Assembly: GCA_947490975.1 (NCBI GenBank)
Contig: CANLHV010000001.1
Location: forward strand, 1,580-65,579
Length of the DNA: 64,000 nucleotides
Direction of reading: 5' to 3'
Origin: Acidimicrobiaceae bacterium
GTDB taxonomy: Bacteria; Actinomycetota; Acidimicrobiia; Acidimicrobiales; Ilumatobacteraceae
Positions 38,455 through 46,719 of this stretch are shown here, piece after piece. Both the position numbers and the translations under genes were made by a program. A model generated the notes under the pieces. It was given only the letters and a program-made list of their open reading frames with translations, did no database searches and was not told where the DNA came from. Each line of letters starts with the position of its first letter. Positions within the stretch are counted from its first letter, which is position 1.

Positions 38455-39519
38455 TCAGCGTCGAAACCCATAGAGACTTTGAATATTTGTGAAGTCGGCA
38501 ATGAAAGCCGCCACGGCAGTCGCTACAAAGATCGCCGAGATAATCCAAAAACGAATAATCACGGTTGTCTCTGGCCAGCCACTTTGCTCAAAGTGATGAT
38601 GAATCGGAGAGTTTTTGAACAAACGTTTTTTACGACCCGATGCTTTGAAAACTCCCATTTGAATCGCAACCGAACCGGCTTCGATCACATTGATTGCGCA
38701 AATCAGTGGCAAAAGAAGATGCGTGTTCGTCGTGACCGCAAGCAGACCGAGAGCAGTGCCAAGCCCGAGAGCGCCGACATCGCCCATGAAAATTCGTGCT
38801 GGTGCGGCATTCCACCAAAGGAACCCGCCACAAGCACCTGCCAAAGAAGCAGCAAGCACCGCGAGGTCAAGCGGGTTTACAACATCGCTATAAATTTGTG
38901 GATTTCTAAACGCCCAATATGCGATGACGGTGAAGGCGATGAAACCAAACGATGCAGAACCAGCGGCCAAACCGTCGAGTCCGTCTGTCACGTTTACTGC
39001 ATTTGATGTGCCCCAAACCATTAACGCTGTCCAGATCACAAAAAGCGGCCACGTAAATGTGATGCCCGGCAAATCTGCTCGTGTAAACGAAAGTGTTTCA
39101 CTAACACCAGTTGCGGCCGTCAACCACCAAGTTAAAGCGATGCAAATGGCGAAAGTGATGTAGCCCTTTTTCTTCCAGAAAAGTCCACGATTATGTTGAC
39201 GTTGCACTTTAAGAAAGTCGTCAAGGAAGCCGACAAAGCCAAGCACAAACACGGCGGCCCAGATAATCATCGACTGATCTGAAAACGGCAACCCATCTCT
39301 AAGGTGGGCAACGAACCAACCAAGCGCGCCTGAAAACAAAATTGCAATTCCGCCCATTGTTGGCGTGCCTTGCTTGCTCATGTGCTGCACTGGTCCGCGA
39401 TCTTCGGCACCAAGAATTGGCTGACCTTTACCAATGCGCTTGAACACGGCAATCAAAACTCGTGTGCCAATAAGCGATGCAATCATCGCCACGGCGGCCG
39501 CAGTGAGAATCGCAATCAT
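38455..39519 (-). CDS. mraY: Phospho-N-acetylmuramoyl-pentapeptide transferase
   Basis: It is polytopic and carries GTPTMGG, NAVNVTDGLDGLA and PIHHHFE motifs. Its start overlaps the murE stop (ATGA). Confidence 0.95.
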   Translation of the reverse strand: MIAILTAAAVAMIASLIGTRVLIAVFKRIGKGQPILGAEDRGPVQHMSKQGTPTMGGIAILFSGALGWFVAHLRDGLPFSDQSMIIWAAVFVLGFVGFLDDFLKVQRQHNRGLFWKKKGYITFAICIALTWWLTAATGVSETLSFTRADLPGITFTWPLFVIWTALMVWGTSNAVNVTDGLDGLAAGSASFGFIAFTVIAYWAFRNPQIYSDVVNPLDLAVLAASLAGACGGFLWWNAAPARIFMGDVGALGLGTALGLLAVTTNTHLLLPLICAINVIEAGSVAIQMGVFKASGRKKRLFKNSPIHHHFEQSGWPETTVIIRFWIISAIFVATAVAAFIADFTNIQSLYGFRR

Positions 39520-40964
39520 GAAGCAGCCTTCAACAGCTCACGCGAAACCTGAACATCGCTGAACGGCGTTTCATTTGCGCCAATTGTCTGGGTTGTCTCA
39601 TGACCCTTACCGGCGATTATCACTATGTCGCCAGGTTTGGCTGCCGCAAACGCTGCAGTGATTGCAAGTCGACGATCTAACTCGGTAATCACTTTGCTCG
39701 AAACGCCTGAACCATTTGAAACCCCTTGTAGAACTTCTTTGACGATTGTCTGGGCGTCTTCATATCTGGGATTATCTGAAGTGATGTACACGACATCTGC
39801 GAACTTTGTCGCAACATCGCCCATCTTAGGTCTTTTCGACTGATCTCGCCCGCCCCCACAACCAAAGACAACTATCACTCGTGCTTGTTCGCCGACAATT
39901 TTGCGACCAGCAAGCAAAACATTTTGTAGCGCCTCGGGTGTGTGCGCGTAATCAACAACCACAGAAAAATCTTGTCCTTCACTAACAGACTCAAACCTTC
40001 CGGGCACAGCGCTTGCAGCAGCCAAACCTTTAGCGATGTCACCAACAGTGACACCAAGTTTGGCTGCTGCAGTCGCGGCAGCTAGCGCGTTCATTACATT
40101 GAAATTTCCACCCATCAATGATTCGATTTTTTGACCCTGCCAATCGAATGAAATCTTTGATGCATCGGCGTGAACCGCTTTCGCATCTGACATGCCGAAA
40201 GATTCAATACATAGTTCTTTGTCTTTCGAGATGGTGTCGATTAGCAATGAACCCCGCACATCGTCTCGATTGATGATGCACAATTCTGTGAACTGGTTCG
40301 TGAAGAGCCTGGCTTTAGCCGCGAAATAATCTTCTATTGACTTGTGAAAATCAAGATGGTCTTGACCAAGATTTGTAAACACTGTCGCCTTGAAAGAGGT
40401 TCCTTCGACGCGACCCAGAGCAAGCGCGTGAGAAGAAACCTCCATCACAACTGCTTGACCGCCACGATTTAGTTCTTCGGCCAAAAGCCGCTGCAAATCT
40501 GTCGACTCTGGTGTCGTCCTCGAGCCGGTAAGTGTGCCAATCACGGATGTCGACCAGCCGTGCTGTCGCAAGATTGACGCCAACATGTGCGCAGTTGTCG
40601 TCTTGCCATTAGTGCCAGTAATACCAATTACATTCAGTTTTTCGCTTGGTCGATTGAACAGCTCTGCGGCGAGATATCCCATCGACGAGCGCACGTCGCT
40701 AACGAATACTTGTGTTATGTCGACTTCGACGCGTCGCTCGACAAGCAGTGCGATGGCGCCATTTGCTGCCGCAACTTTTGCAAAATTGTGACCGTCGGCG
40801 TTTTCGCCCACGATGCAACAAAAGATACTTCCGCGAGAAACCTTCGAAGAATCATGCGTAATGTCCGAAACTTTTATCTTTGCGTTGCCAATAATTTGAT
40901 TAACGACAATTTCAGATGTACTTGCCAGTAATTCATCTAACTGGCGTTCCATTTTTACTGACAT
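39516..40964 (-). CDS. murE: UDP-N-acetylmuramoyl-L-alanyl-D-glutamate--2,6-diaminopimelate ligase
   Basis: It has the P-loop GITGTNGKTTTAHML. The DNPR motif (TSDNPRYED) is associated with meso-DAP-adding MurE enzymes. I trimmed the start to ATG 40964, 1 nt after the ftsI stop (TGAGATG). Confidence 0.9.
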   Translation of the reverse strand: MSVKMERQLDELLASTSEIVVNQIIGNAKIKVSDITHDSSKVSRGSIFCCIVGENADGHNFAKVAAANGAIALLVERRVEVDITQVFVSDVRSSMGYLAAELFNRPSEKLNVIGITGTNGKTTTAHMLASILRQHGWSTSVIGTLTGSRTTPESTDLQRLLAEELNRGGQAVVMEVSSHALALGRVEGTSFKATVFTNLGQDHLDFHKSIEDYFAAKARLFTNQFTELCIINRDDVRGSLLIDTISKDKELCIESFGMSDAKAVHADASKISFDWQGQKIESLMGGNFNVMNALAAATAAAKLGVTVGDIAKGLAAASAVPGRFESVSEGQDFSVVVDYAHTPEALQNVLLAGRKIVGEQARVIVVFGCGGGRDQSKRPKMGDVATKFADVVYITSDNPRYEDAQTIVKEVLQGVSNGSGVSSKVITELDRRLAITAAFAAAKPGDIVIIAGKGHETTQTIGANETPFSDVQVSRELLKAAS

Positions 40965-40965
40965 C

Positions 40966-42876
40966 TCAGTGGCTCGGCCCAAGTTCTGCAGGGCGCGAAC
41001 CGACGCAACCCAAGTCGTTGCCCTCAGGGCGAATGTTCAATTCGTTAATCAAGACTTGACCGATGCGTGCAAACACCGGTGCAGCTGCTGTGCCACCGAA
41101 TCGATCGTTCGAATAAGGATCTGGTTCATCGATTGATACCAAAACAGTCATTCGCGGGTTGTTGGCCGGAAGGAAGCCAACGAAAGACGCAAAGTACGTT
41201 CTGGCGCCTTCATCGTTTGTGTATGTGCCGTTGTCCTGCAACTTATAAGCGGTACCTGTTTTGCCAGCGACGCTTATCCCAGGCATTTTCGCCAGTTTGC
41301 CGGTGCCATAGCAAACGACATCTGTCATCAGTGTTGTCATGGTTTGGGCTGTCGACGCTGAAAGAACTTGGTGAGTTGCTGAAGCAGGAGTTGAAATTGT
41401 TGTGCCATCTTTGTCGGTTGACTTAAGCAACATTTTTGGTGCGACATACACACCTTTGTTCGCGACGACATTTACAGCAGCTGTAAGTTGCAATGCAGTT
41501 GATGTATAGCCATAGCCGTAAGAGAACGAAAACTTTTCGGTGCCTTGCCATTTAGAGACCGGTCTCAAAGACCCGCGAGATTCACCTGGATACTCAACAG
41601 AAGTTTTCGTACCGAAACCGAACAGTTTCAAATACTCGTGGTTCTTTTTTGTGTCAAGAGTTCTTGAAATCTGGATCGTGCCGATATTCGACGAATCGAC
41701 AAAGATTTTGCGAACTGACATATCTTCAAGTCCGTGCGGGTAAGCATCTGTCACTTTGTATTCCCATTTGGTGCCCTTGTCAAAGACTTGATAGCCAGGA
41801 ACACTGAACGACGAAGAAGTGTCTACAGCACCCTCGTTGATCGCCGCAGCAATACTGAAAACTTTGGCCACAGAACCTGGCTCGTTTGCTTCGACTGCTG
41901 CAAAGTTGCCAGATTGACTTGAATAAGTGCCATCTTCGTTGATACGAATATTCGACATCGCATAAATCTCACCAGTTTTCGTATCCATCACAATTGCCAT
42001 GCCGCCACGCGCACCGAGACGCTCGACTTGCTGCTTGACGATGCCGTCGACTTGAAATTGAATAGTTCGATCAATCGTTGTAGTTAGTTGACCGCCGGAC
42101 GTTGGCTCAAGAACCTCTCCTCCGCCAGCCGCAATCGACTTACCACTGCTATTGACTTCTCTAACAATTCGACCGTCAACGCCAGTCAAAAGGTCGTGAT
42201 ATTTAAGTTCAAGACCAGAAATGCCAACTCCGTCAATATCGGTTCGACCAATAACCGCTTGCAAACTTGCACTCGAAAGTGCGCGGCCCGACTCACGATA
42301 AGAAGAAACACCCTTTAACCCAAGAGCCAAAATGGCGTCGGCGACTTCTTTGTCTGCCTGGCGGGCGATATAAACGAAACTCGAAGTCTTGTTCTGCAAT
42401 TTGGTTGCAAGCTCAACTTCGGCCTGCGAGTCAAGTTGCAATACGCCGGCCACGACGTTGGCCACACCAACTGGGTCGACAACCGACCGCGGGTCAGCGA
42501 AGACAGTGCGGGTCGGAACAGGAAGTGCCAATTCTCGACCATTGCGATCCAAAATCGAACCACGCTCTGCACGAATGACCTGCACCCGAGTTCGCTGCGA
42601 GACACTTGCCTCGCGATAGTCGCCGGCCCAAACAGTTTGCAAAAGCGCCACTCGAACACCAAGCAGTGAAAGCAAAATCGCCACGACTACGAACATTGAG
42701 ACGATGCGCTTGTGCATGTTGCCGCCCCGTAGATCTTTTGTGAAAAAATCTTTTGTCTTAGTTGTTGCCGAAGTTGCGCGATACGAAAGCTCAGAACTAC
42801 GAACACGATTCGCATCAATTCGGTTATTCGAGCGACCACGACCACCGGATCGACTGCGTCCTGCGACGGTGCTCAT
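40966..42876 (-). CDS. ftsI: Class B penicillin-binding protein / peptidoglycan D,D-transpeptidase FtsI
   Basis: It has an Arg-rich cytoplasmic tail, one TM and a PBP dimer domain. Transpeptidase motifs are SVAK (SxxK), SSN (SxN) and KTGTA (KTG). Confidence 0.9.
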   Translation of the reverse strand: MSTVAGRSRSGGRGRSNNRIDANRVRSSELSYRATSATTKTKDFFTKDLRGGNMHKRIVSMFVVVAILLSLLGVRVALLQTVWAGDYREASVSQRTRVQVIRAERGSILDRNGRELALPVPTRTVFADPRSVVDPVGVANVVAGVLQLDSQAEVELATKLQNKTSSFVYIARQADKEVADAILALGLKGVSSYRESGRALSSASLQAVIGRTDIDGVGISGLELKYHDLLTGVDGRIVREVNSSGKSIAAGGGEVLEPTSGGQLTTTIDRTIQFQVDGIVKQQVERLGARGGMAIVMDTKTGEIYAMSNIRINEDGTYSSQSGNFAAVEANEPGSVAKVFSIAAAINEGAVDTSSSFSVPGYQVFDKGTKWEYKVTDAYPHGLEDMSVRKIFVDSSNIGTIQISRTLDTKKNHEYLKLFGFGTKTSVEYPGESRGSLRPVSKWQGTEKFSFSYGYGYTSTALQLTAAVNVVANKGVYVAPKMLLKSTDKDGTTISTPASATHQVLSASTAQTMTTLMTDVVCYGTGKLAKMPGISVAGKTGTAYKLQDNGTYTNDEGARTYFASFVGFLPANNPRMTVLVSIDEPDPYSNDRFGGTAAAPVFARIGQVLINELNIRPEGNDLGCVGSRPAELGPSH

Positions 42877-43397
42877 GGCGTCACACTTTTGATAGTGCCA
42901 GACACCAAGTCTTCAAGCATCGGCGGATTCAACAACTCTTTGTCCATGTCGCCAGTTGCGGCAATGACGCTTGCCACGACATCTGCGGGAATTTCTTCGA
43001 ACTCAGCCGACACACCTTGCGACATTCCGAGCATCATCGCTTTTTCTCGCAAATAGTCGGGTGCACGAAGTTCGGCACGCTGCTGTCGCAACTCGTCATA
43101 GTGAATTCGCGCAAGTCGCACATCAGTCGTGATTTTGTCTAAACGCAGCTGTTGCTCGGCGATGACGGTTTGAAAGACAACTATTGAAGTCAAAACGCAT
43201 GCGATGATTATTAATGCAGATGTGACTAGCGAGAATCGCTTGACAGGAATTGTCTCAACTAATCGCAGGTCCGGACGCTCAGTTGGTTGCGACGCAGATT
43301 TTGATCGACTGTGTGGCTGACGAATTGGTTGCACTACCGAACCTGCTGGTCGACGAAGCCGAACTGGTGCTGGTCGCGACGCAAGTGCGGTTGCCAT
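42873..43397 (-). CDS. ftsL: FtsL-like cell division protein (bitopic, coiled-coil)
   Basis: It occupies the position between rsmH and ftsI. A single TM (FSLVTSALIIIACVLTSIVVF) is followed by a heptad-like helix. The call rests on position and topology only. Confidence 0.6.
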   Translation of the reverse strand: MATALASRPAPVRLRRPAGSVVQPIRQPHSRSKSASQPTERPDLRLVETIPVKRFSLVTSALIIIACVLTSIVVFQTVIAEQQLRLDKITTDVRLARIHYDELRQQRAELRAPDYLREKAMMLGMSQGVSAEFEEIPADVVASVIAATGDMDKELLNPPMLEDLVSGTIKSVTP

Positions 43398-44372
43398 TTA
43401 GTTGCCGACCCCGACGAGCGTTTTTTCAAGTACGCGCAGTCGTGCAGATTTTGCCCGACGATTAAGTGTCTGCTCTTTGGTTGATGGGTTCTTTGGGGCT
43501 CGAACACGACGAGTTAGTCGCTCTCCCGAGCGCGATTCATGCAGAAATGGCGATGCCATGTTTTGCTCGTTGGGGTTGCGAGCTGACTCAGAAAAGACGC
43601 GCTTGACGATGCGATTTTCGCCAGAGTGGTAAGTCAAAACAGCGACTCGCCCACCTGATTTAGTCGCATCAATTGCAATTTGCATTGCGCGCTCGAGAAT
43701 CTCGAGTTCTTTATTTACTTCGATGCGAATTGCTTGAAAAGTTCGCTTGGCTGGATGCCCACCAGTGCGGCGGGCAGGCGCAGGAATCGCCGCCACCACA
43801 ACTTCAGCAAGCTGGGTAGTTGTGGTTATTGGCCGCGCAGCGACTATTGCTTTGGCGATTCGACGGGCGAATTTTTCGTCAGCGTTGTCGGCAATTAGCC
43901 GAGAGAGATCATTCTCTTCGTAATTATTGACGACTTCGGCTGCACTCAATTGACTGCGTTGATCCATTCGCATATCTAGTGGACCGTCATGGCGATATGA
44001 GAACCCACGTTCTGCGACGTCTAATTGTGGCGAAGAGACACCTAAGTCAAACAACGCACCCGAAATTTGACTAATCGACATTTCTGCAAGAACTTCGCCG
44101 AGTGCGTCAAATCGCACACGACGAATTGTTAGTCGACCTTTCAGACTCGAATCTTCGGCGATCATTTTTTCGGCATTCGCGATTGCGGAAGCATCTTGGT
44201 CAAGTCCAAGAATCTGCAACTTTGGATAAGCGTTGAGTATCGCCACAGCGTGTCCGCCAAGACCGAATGTCGCATCGACAATTACGCCCTCAGGCACCGA
44301 GGCGAAGCATTCAACAATTTCATCAACCATGACAGGCAGATGAGAACCTTCTTGAATATTTGAGGTCGTCAT
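43398..44372 (-). CDS. rsmH: 16S rRNA (cytosine1402-N4)-methyltransferase
   Basis: HLPVMVDEIV, DATFGLGGH, DLGVSSPQLD and FHSGENRIVK-like motifs are present. It occupies the second position of the dcw cluster. Confidence 0.95.
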   Translation of the reverse strand: MTTSNIQEGSHLPVMVDEIVECFASVPEGVIVDATFGLGGHAVAILNAYPKLQILGLDQDASAIANAEKMIAEDSSLKGRLTIRRVRFDALGEVLAEMSISQISGALFDLGVSSPQLDVAERGFSYRHDGPLDMRMDQRSQLSAAEVVNNYEENDLSRLIADNADEKFARRIAKAIVAARPITTTTQLAEVVVAAIPAPARRTGGHPAKRTFQAIRIEVNKELEILERAMQIAIDATKSGGRVAVLTYHSGENRIVKRVFSESARNPNEQNMASPFLHESRSGERLTRRVRAPKNPSTKEQTLNRRAKSARLRVLEKTLVGVGN

Positions 44373-44420
44373 ATATATAGTGCAACTTGCAAACTGTCAC
44401 TCGATGTTGAAGTCTCAGTT

Positions 44421-44547
44421 GTCTCGCTTATCAGCAGCCCCCCGGCCAACGGTGCCTCCGGGATTTCTCCCCGGATAGCGAAATGGAAAGCGGGCGGAGT
44501 TGGGGGCTATCCATTTTGTTAACCGGGAGACTGCTGATAAGCGAAAC
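44421..44547 (-). ncRNA. Structured RNA element in the mraZ-rsmH spacer (candidate mraW-motif-like cis-regulatory or processing element)
   Basis: Minus-strand GUUUCGCUUAUCAGCAGUCUCCCGG (44547..44523) pairs over 25 consecutive positions with CCGGGGGGCUGCUGAUAAGCGAGAC (44445..44421). The three imperfect positions are G-U on the minus strand but A-C on the plus strand. The 77-nt interior contains further hairpins. The spacer is 227 nt in an otherwise spacer-free region. Confidence 0.55.
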
Positions 44548-44599
44548 TCGTGCAACTGGTGACGGTTGCGAAAAGTTTGTTGCTTGACCCCCTTTCGCT

Positions 44600-45013
44600 C
44601 TACTCTGCGCCGGCTAGTTCTTGTGTGCCAGAGTCGCTGATGCGCTGATGGCGCTCTGGGTCCCAAATTTCGACTCGGTCAAATGAGCCGCTGACAATTA
44701 CGCGAGAGTTAAGTTCGAGGCCCGCATACTCACGCAGTTTCTCGTCGACGTTGATACGGCCTTGCGCATCAACCGCAACCTCGACCATGTTTGAAGACAA
44801 CGCTCGCTGCTCTTTACGATCCATTTCTCCGCGGCGAACTTTCTCCATCGCATCATTGGCAACAGCCAGAAAAGTCTCAGTTGTTAAGACGTCAACGCAC
44901 TTGTCTCGACCAAGGGCCAAATAACACTTCGGCTCGAATTTTGGTCGAAAAGCAGCAGGCAAGGCGATGCGACCCTTTGGGTCCAACTGTCGCTCATGCG
45001 CACCTACAAACAC
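44600..45013 (-). CDS. mraZ: Transcriptional regulator MraZ
   Basis: VFVGAHERQLDPKGRIALPAAFR aligns with the canonical MraZ N-terminus (MFLG...LDxKGR), and a second SpoVT/AbrB-like half is present. I placed the start at GTG 45013, preceded by GGAGGA. The ORF-track start is 45034. Confidence 0.9.
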   Translation of the reverse strand: MFVGAHERQLDPKGRIALPAAFRPKFEPKCYLALGRDKCVDVLTTETFLAVANDAMEKVRRGEMDRKEQRALSSNMVEVAVDAQGRINVDEKLREYAGLELNSRVIVSGSFDRVEIWDPERHQRISDSGTQELAGAE

Positions 45014-45083
45014 TGTTCCTCCGCCTTGTCCCAAAACCCCATTAATTACAGGGTTTTAAGGCTCCCCTTAAATCCCTGCAGAG

Positions 45084-45112
45084 ACTATATCCCCACTAGC
45101 CCCCACTGTCAA
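45084..45112 (-). promoter_or_regulatory. Near-consensus sigma-70-type promoter of the dcw operon (Pmra)
   Basis: The minus strand reads TTGACA (45112..45107), a 17-nt spacer, then TATAGT (45089..45084). This lies about 70 nt upstream of the mraZ start. Confidence 0.55.
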
Positions 45113-45137
45113 ACATATTTCACCACTTTTCACCACT
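45091..45137 (-). promoter_or_regulatory. Four phased direct repeats AGTGG(T/G)G, the putative MraZ operator
   Basis: On the + strand, caccact occurs at 45131 and 45121 and ccccact at 45101 and 45091, so spacings are 10, 20 and 10 bp. Two boxes fill the -35/-10 spacer of the promoter above. Confidence 0.6.
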
Positions 45138-45235
45138 TTCTTTGGATATTTTTGGGCAGCCCAAAACAGAGGTTCATTGACTGGTTCAGCACCGGGCCCG
45201 TTGGCGGGCAAAACAGTGGGCTTGCTTAGGTTTGT

Positions 45236-45928
45236 TTAAATCTTGGCAGCAAGTTCGACAATTGCTTCAGCGATTTGGTTCAACCCACCAACCTCGGCAA
45301 CTGCAATGCGTGAAATCTCGGTTTCGAGCAATGCATCGTCATCGCTCGCGTGAAGTTTGATTCTGTCGATTAACAAATATTTGCGATAAAGATCTGGCGA
45401 CCAGCGCTGGTGAACTACACATTGAAAGCGCGCCATCTCGCGCGTACGACGCTGTGAAATGCCGACGACTTTCTGTCCGTGCAATGTAACTTCACCAGGT
45501 CCAAGACCGCCAAAACAAATTAAATCTGAAAGCCCCGAGCGTTCTAGACCGCCGCGGTGCACACGTAGTTGATCTCGGTCTGCAATCTCGCATTTAGCCA
45601 AAGCATCTGCCCAAAGATCCCCCACCCACCACATTGCTTCACCCACATCGTCTCGCCAAAGTTCGTCGTCTCGGGGCACCACAAAGTCGATCCATAAGTG
45701 CGCATCGGCCTGCAACAAGACAACACCACCGCCACTTCGTCGACGTACAACCGACATGCCGTCGGGTTGACATGCCGACTGATTAACGATGTCTAGGTTT
45801 TGCTTCGAGCCAAGAACAACTGCTGACTCACTTATTGACGCTCGCCAAATCGCGCGCTCAGCAGGCAGCTCACGACTATGAACTGCCTCGGCAGAATCGC
45901 GCAAGTGATTGAAACGCCATGAGGTCAT
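45236..45928 (-). CDS. Biotin/lipoate A/B protein ligase family protein (LplA/LipB-like domain)
   Basis: VVRRRSGGGVVLL and GQKVVGISQRRT resemble the lipoate-protein ligase motifs (RRxSGGGAV..., GxKxxGxAQRR). The specific function is not assigned. Confidence 0.5.
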   Translation of the reverse strand: MTSWRFNHLRDSAEAVHSRELPAERAIWRASISESAVVLGSKQNLDIVNQSACQPDGMSVVRRRSGGGVVLLQADAHLWIDFVVPRDDELWRDDVGEAMWWVGDLWADALAKCEIADRDQLRVHRGGLERSGLSDLICFGGLGPGEVTLHGQKVVGISQRRTREMARFQCVVHQRWSPDLYRKYLLIDRIKLHASDDDALLETEISRIAVAEVGGLNQIAEAIVELAAKI

Positions 45929-45964
45929 GAATGCGTCACTATCTTTTGTTTGAAACCAGTTTTG

Positions 45965-46462
45965 TTACGAGGCGAACGCCAAGTATTGCTTCCACTCTTC
46001 TGGCACTCGACCGACCGAAACAGTCACCCATGCAAGTTCGCGCGGTGTGTGTGGTTGGTTTGCCAGAGCCATACCTGCCTCTTGAGGAGTTCGATCACGC
46101 TTTTTCAAGTTGCAGCCACGACATGCAGCAGTCACGTTCTCCCATACATGCATGCCTCCGCGAGACCTTGGCATTACATGATCGATACTGTCGGCATGAG
46201 CACCGCAATATTGGCAGCGATGATTATCGCGAGCAAAAATCGCTCGTCGTGACATTGCAGTTCGACGGTGATACGGCACTTTGACGACATACCTCAGTCT
46301 GATGACCAATGGCCCAGGCATCACGAATGTCTCTGCTCTTATTTGCGTGCCGTCTTCTTCGATGATCTCGGCTTTATCTGAGAGCACTAAGCAAATTGCT
46401 CTGCGGGCAGGCACAATCGAAAGCGGCTCGAATGTTGCATTCAGAACTAGCGCACTTCTCAT
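45965..46462 (-). CDS. HNH endonuclease family protein
   Basis: The HNH / zinc-ribbon pattern is RDNHRCQYCGAHADSIDHVMPRSRGGMHVWENVTAACRGCNLKK. I trimmed the start to ATG 46462, which overlaps the upstream stop (ATGA). Confidence 0.8.
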   Translation of the reverse strand: MRSALVLNATFEPLSIVPARRAICLVLSDKAEIIEEDGTQIRAETFVMPGPLVIRLRYVVKVPYHRRTAMSRRAIFARDNHRCQYCGAHADSIDHVMPRSRGGMHVWENVTAACRGCNLKKRDRTPQEAGMALANQPHTPRELAWVTVSVGRVPEEWKQYLAFAS

Positions 46463-46716
46463 CGTAAATCTCTCAACCAATTTAAGTAACTCAAAACATC
46501 TCGAACTTCAATCTGATGATTATCGCCGCCATATTGAGTTTGCTTTCGAAAGCGTATATACGACTGGCCCGGCACTGGCAAAAATGGCGATCGTCGCCAC
46601 CAATTTCGCGGAATGAGGCGAAACAACTGAGTTACCGCTACGAGCCACAGACTTGGCCTAACGGCTATCGCACAGACAATTGAGGCACCCGATTTCATGC
46701 TCGAAATTGCCGCCAT
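46459..46716 (-). CDS. Hypothetical small protein
   Basis: This 85-codon ORF fits exactly between the acyl-CoA dehydrogenase stop and the HNH start on the same strand. It has a hydrophobic N-terminal half and a WWRRSPFLPVPGQSYIRFRKQTQYGG segment. I do not recognise the family. Confidence 0.45.
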   Translation of the reverse strand: MAAISSMKSGASIVCAIAVRPSLWLVAVTQLFRLIPRNWWRRSPFLPVPGQSYIRFRKQTQYGGDNHQIEVRDVLSYLNWLRDLR

Positions 46717-46719
46717 AGG

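Noticed and set aside
44421-44547. The 25-bp inverted repeat as the termini of a MITE or other small mobile element.
   Set aside because: There is no target-site duplication directly flanking the arms; the nearest AGTTGCAC repeats are offset by 2 and 33 nt. There is only one copy in 64 kb. The three imperfect positions are all G-U on the sense strand only, which fits RNA-level selection. A genome-wide copy count is still worth doing.
44415-44666. An 83-aa minus-strand ORF spanning the mraZ-rsmH spacer.
   Set aside because: It overlaps the 3' end of mraZ in another frame. Its translation is Arg/Pro/Gly-rich with no motif. It coincides with the long RNA helix, so a structured RNA explains the region better.
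45965-46462. The HNH endonuclease as a marker of a mobile element, homing intron or defence system.
   Set aside because: It is a short stand-alone HNH/zinc-ribbon protein embedded in a housekeeping gene string. It has no integrase, methylase, ATPase, toxin-antitoxin partner or flanking repeats.
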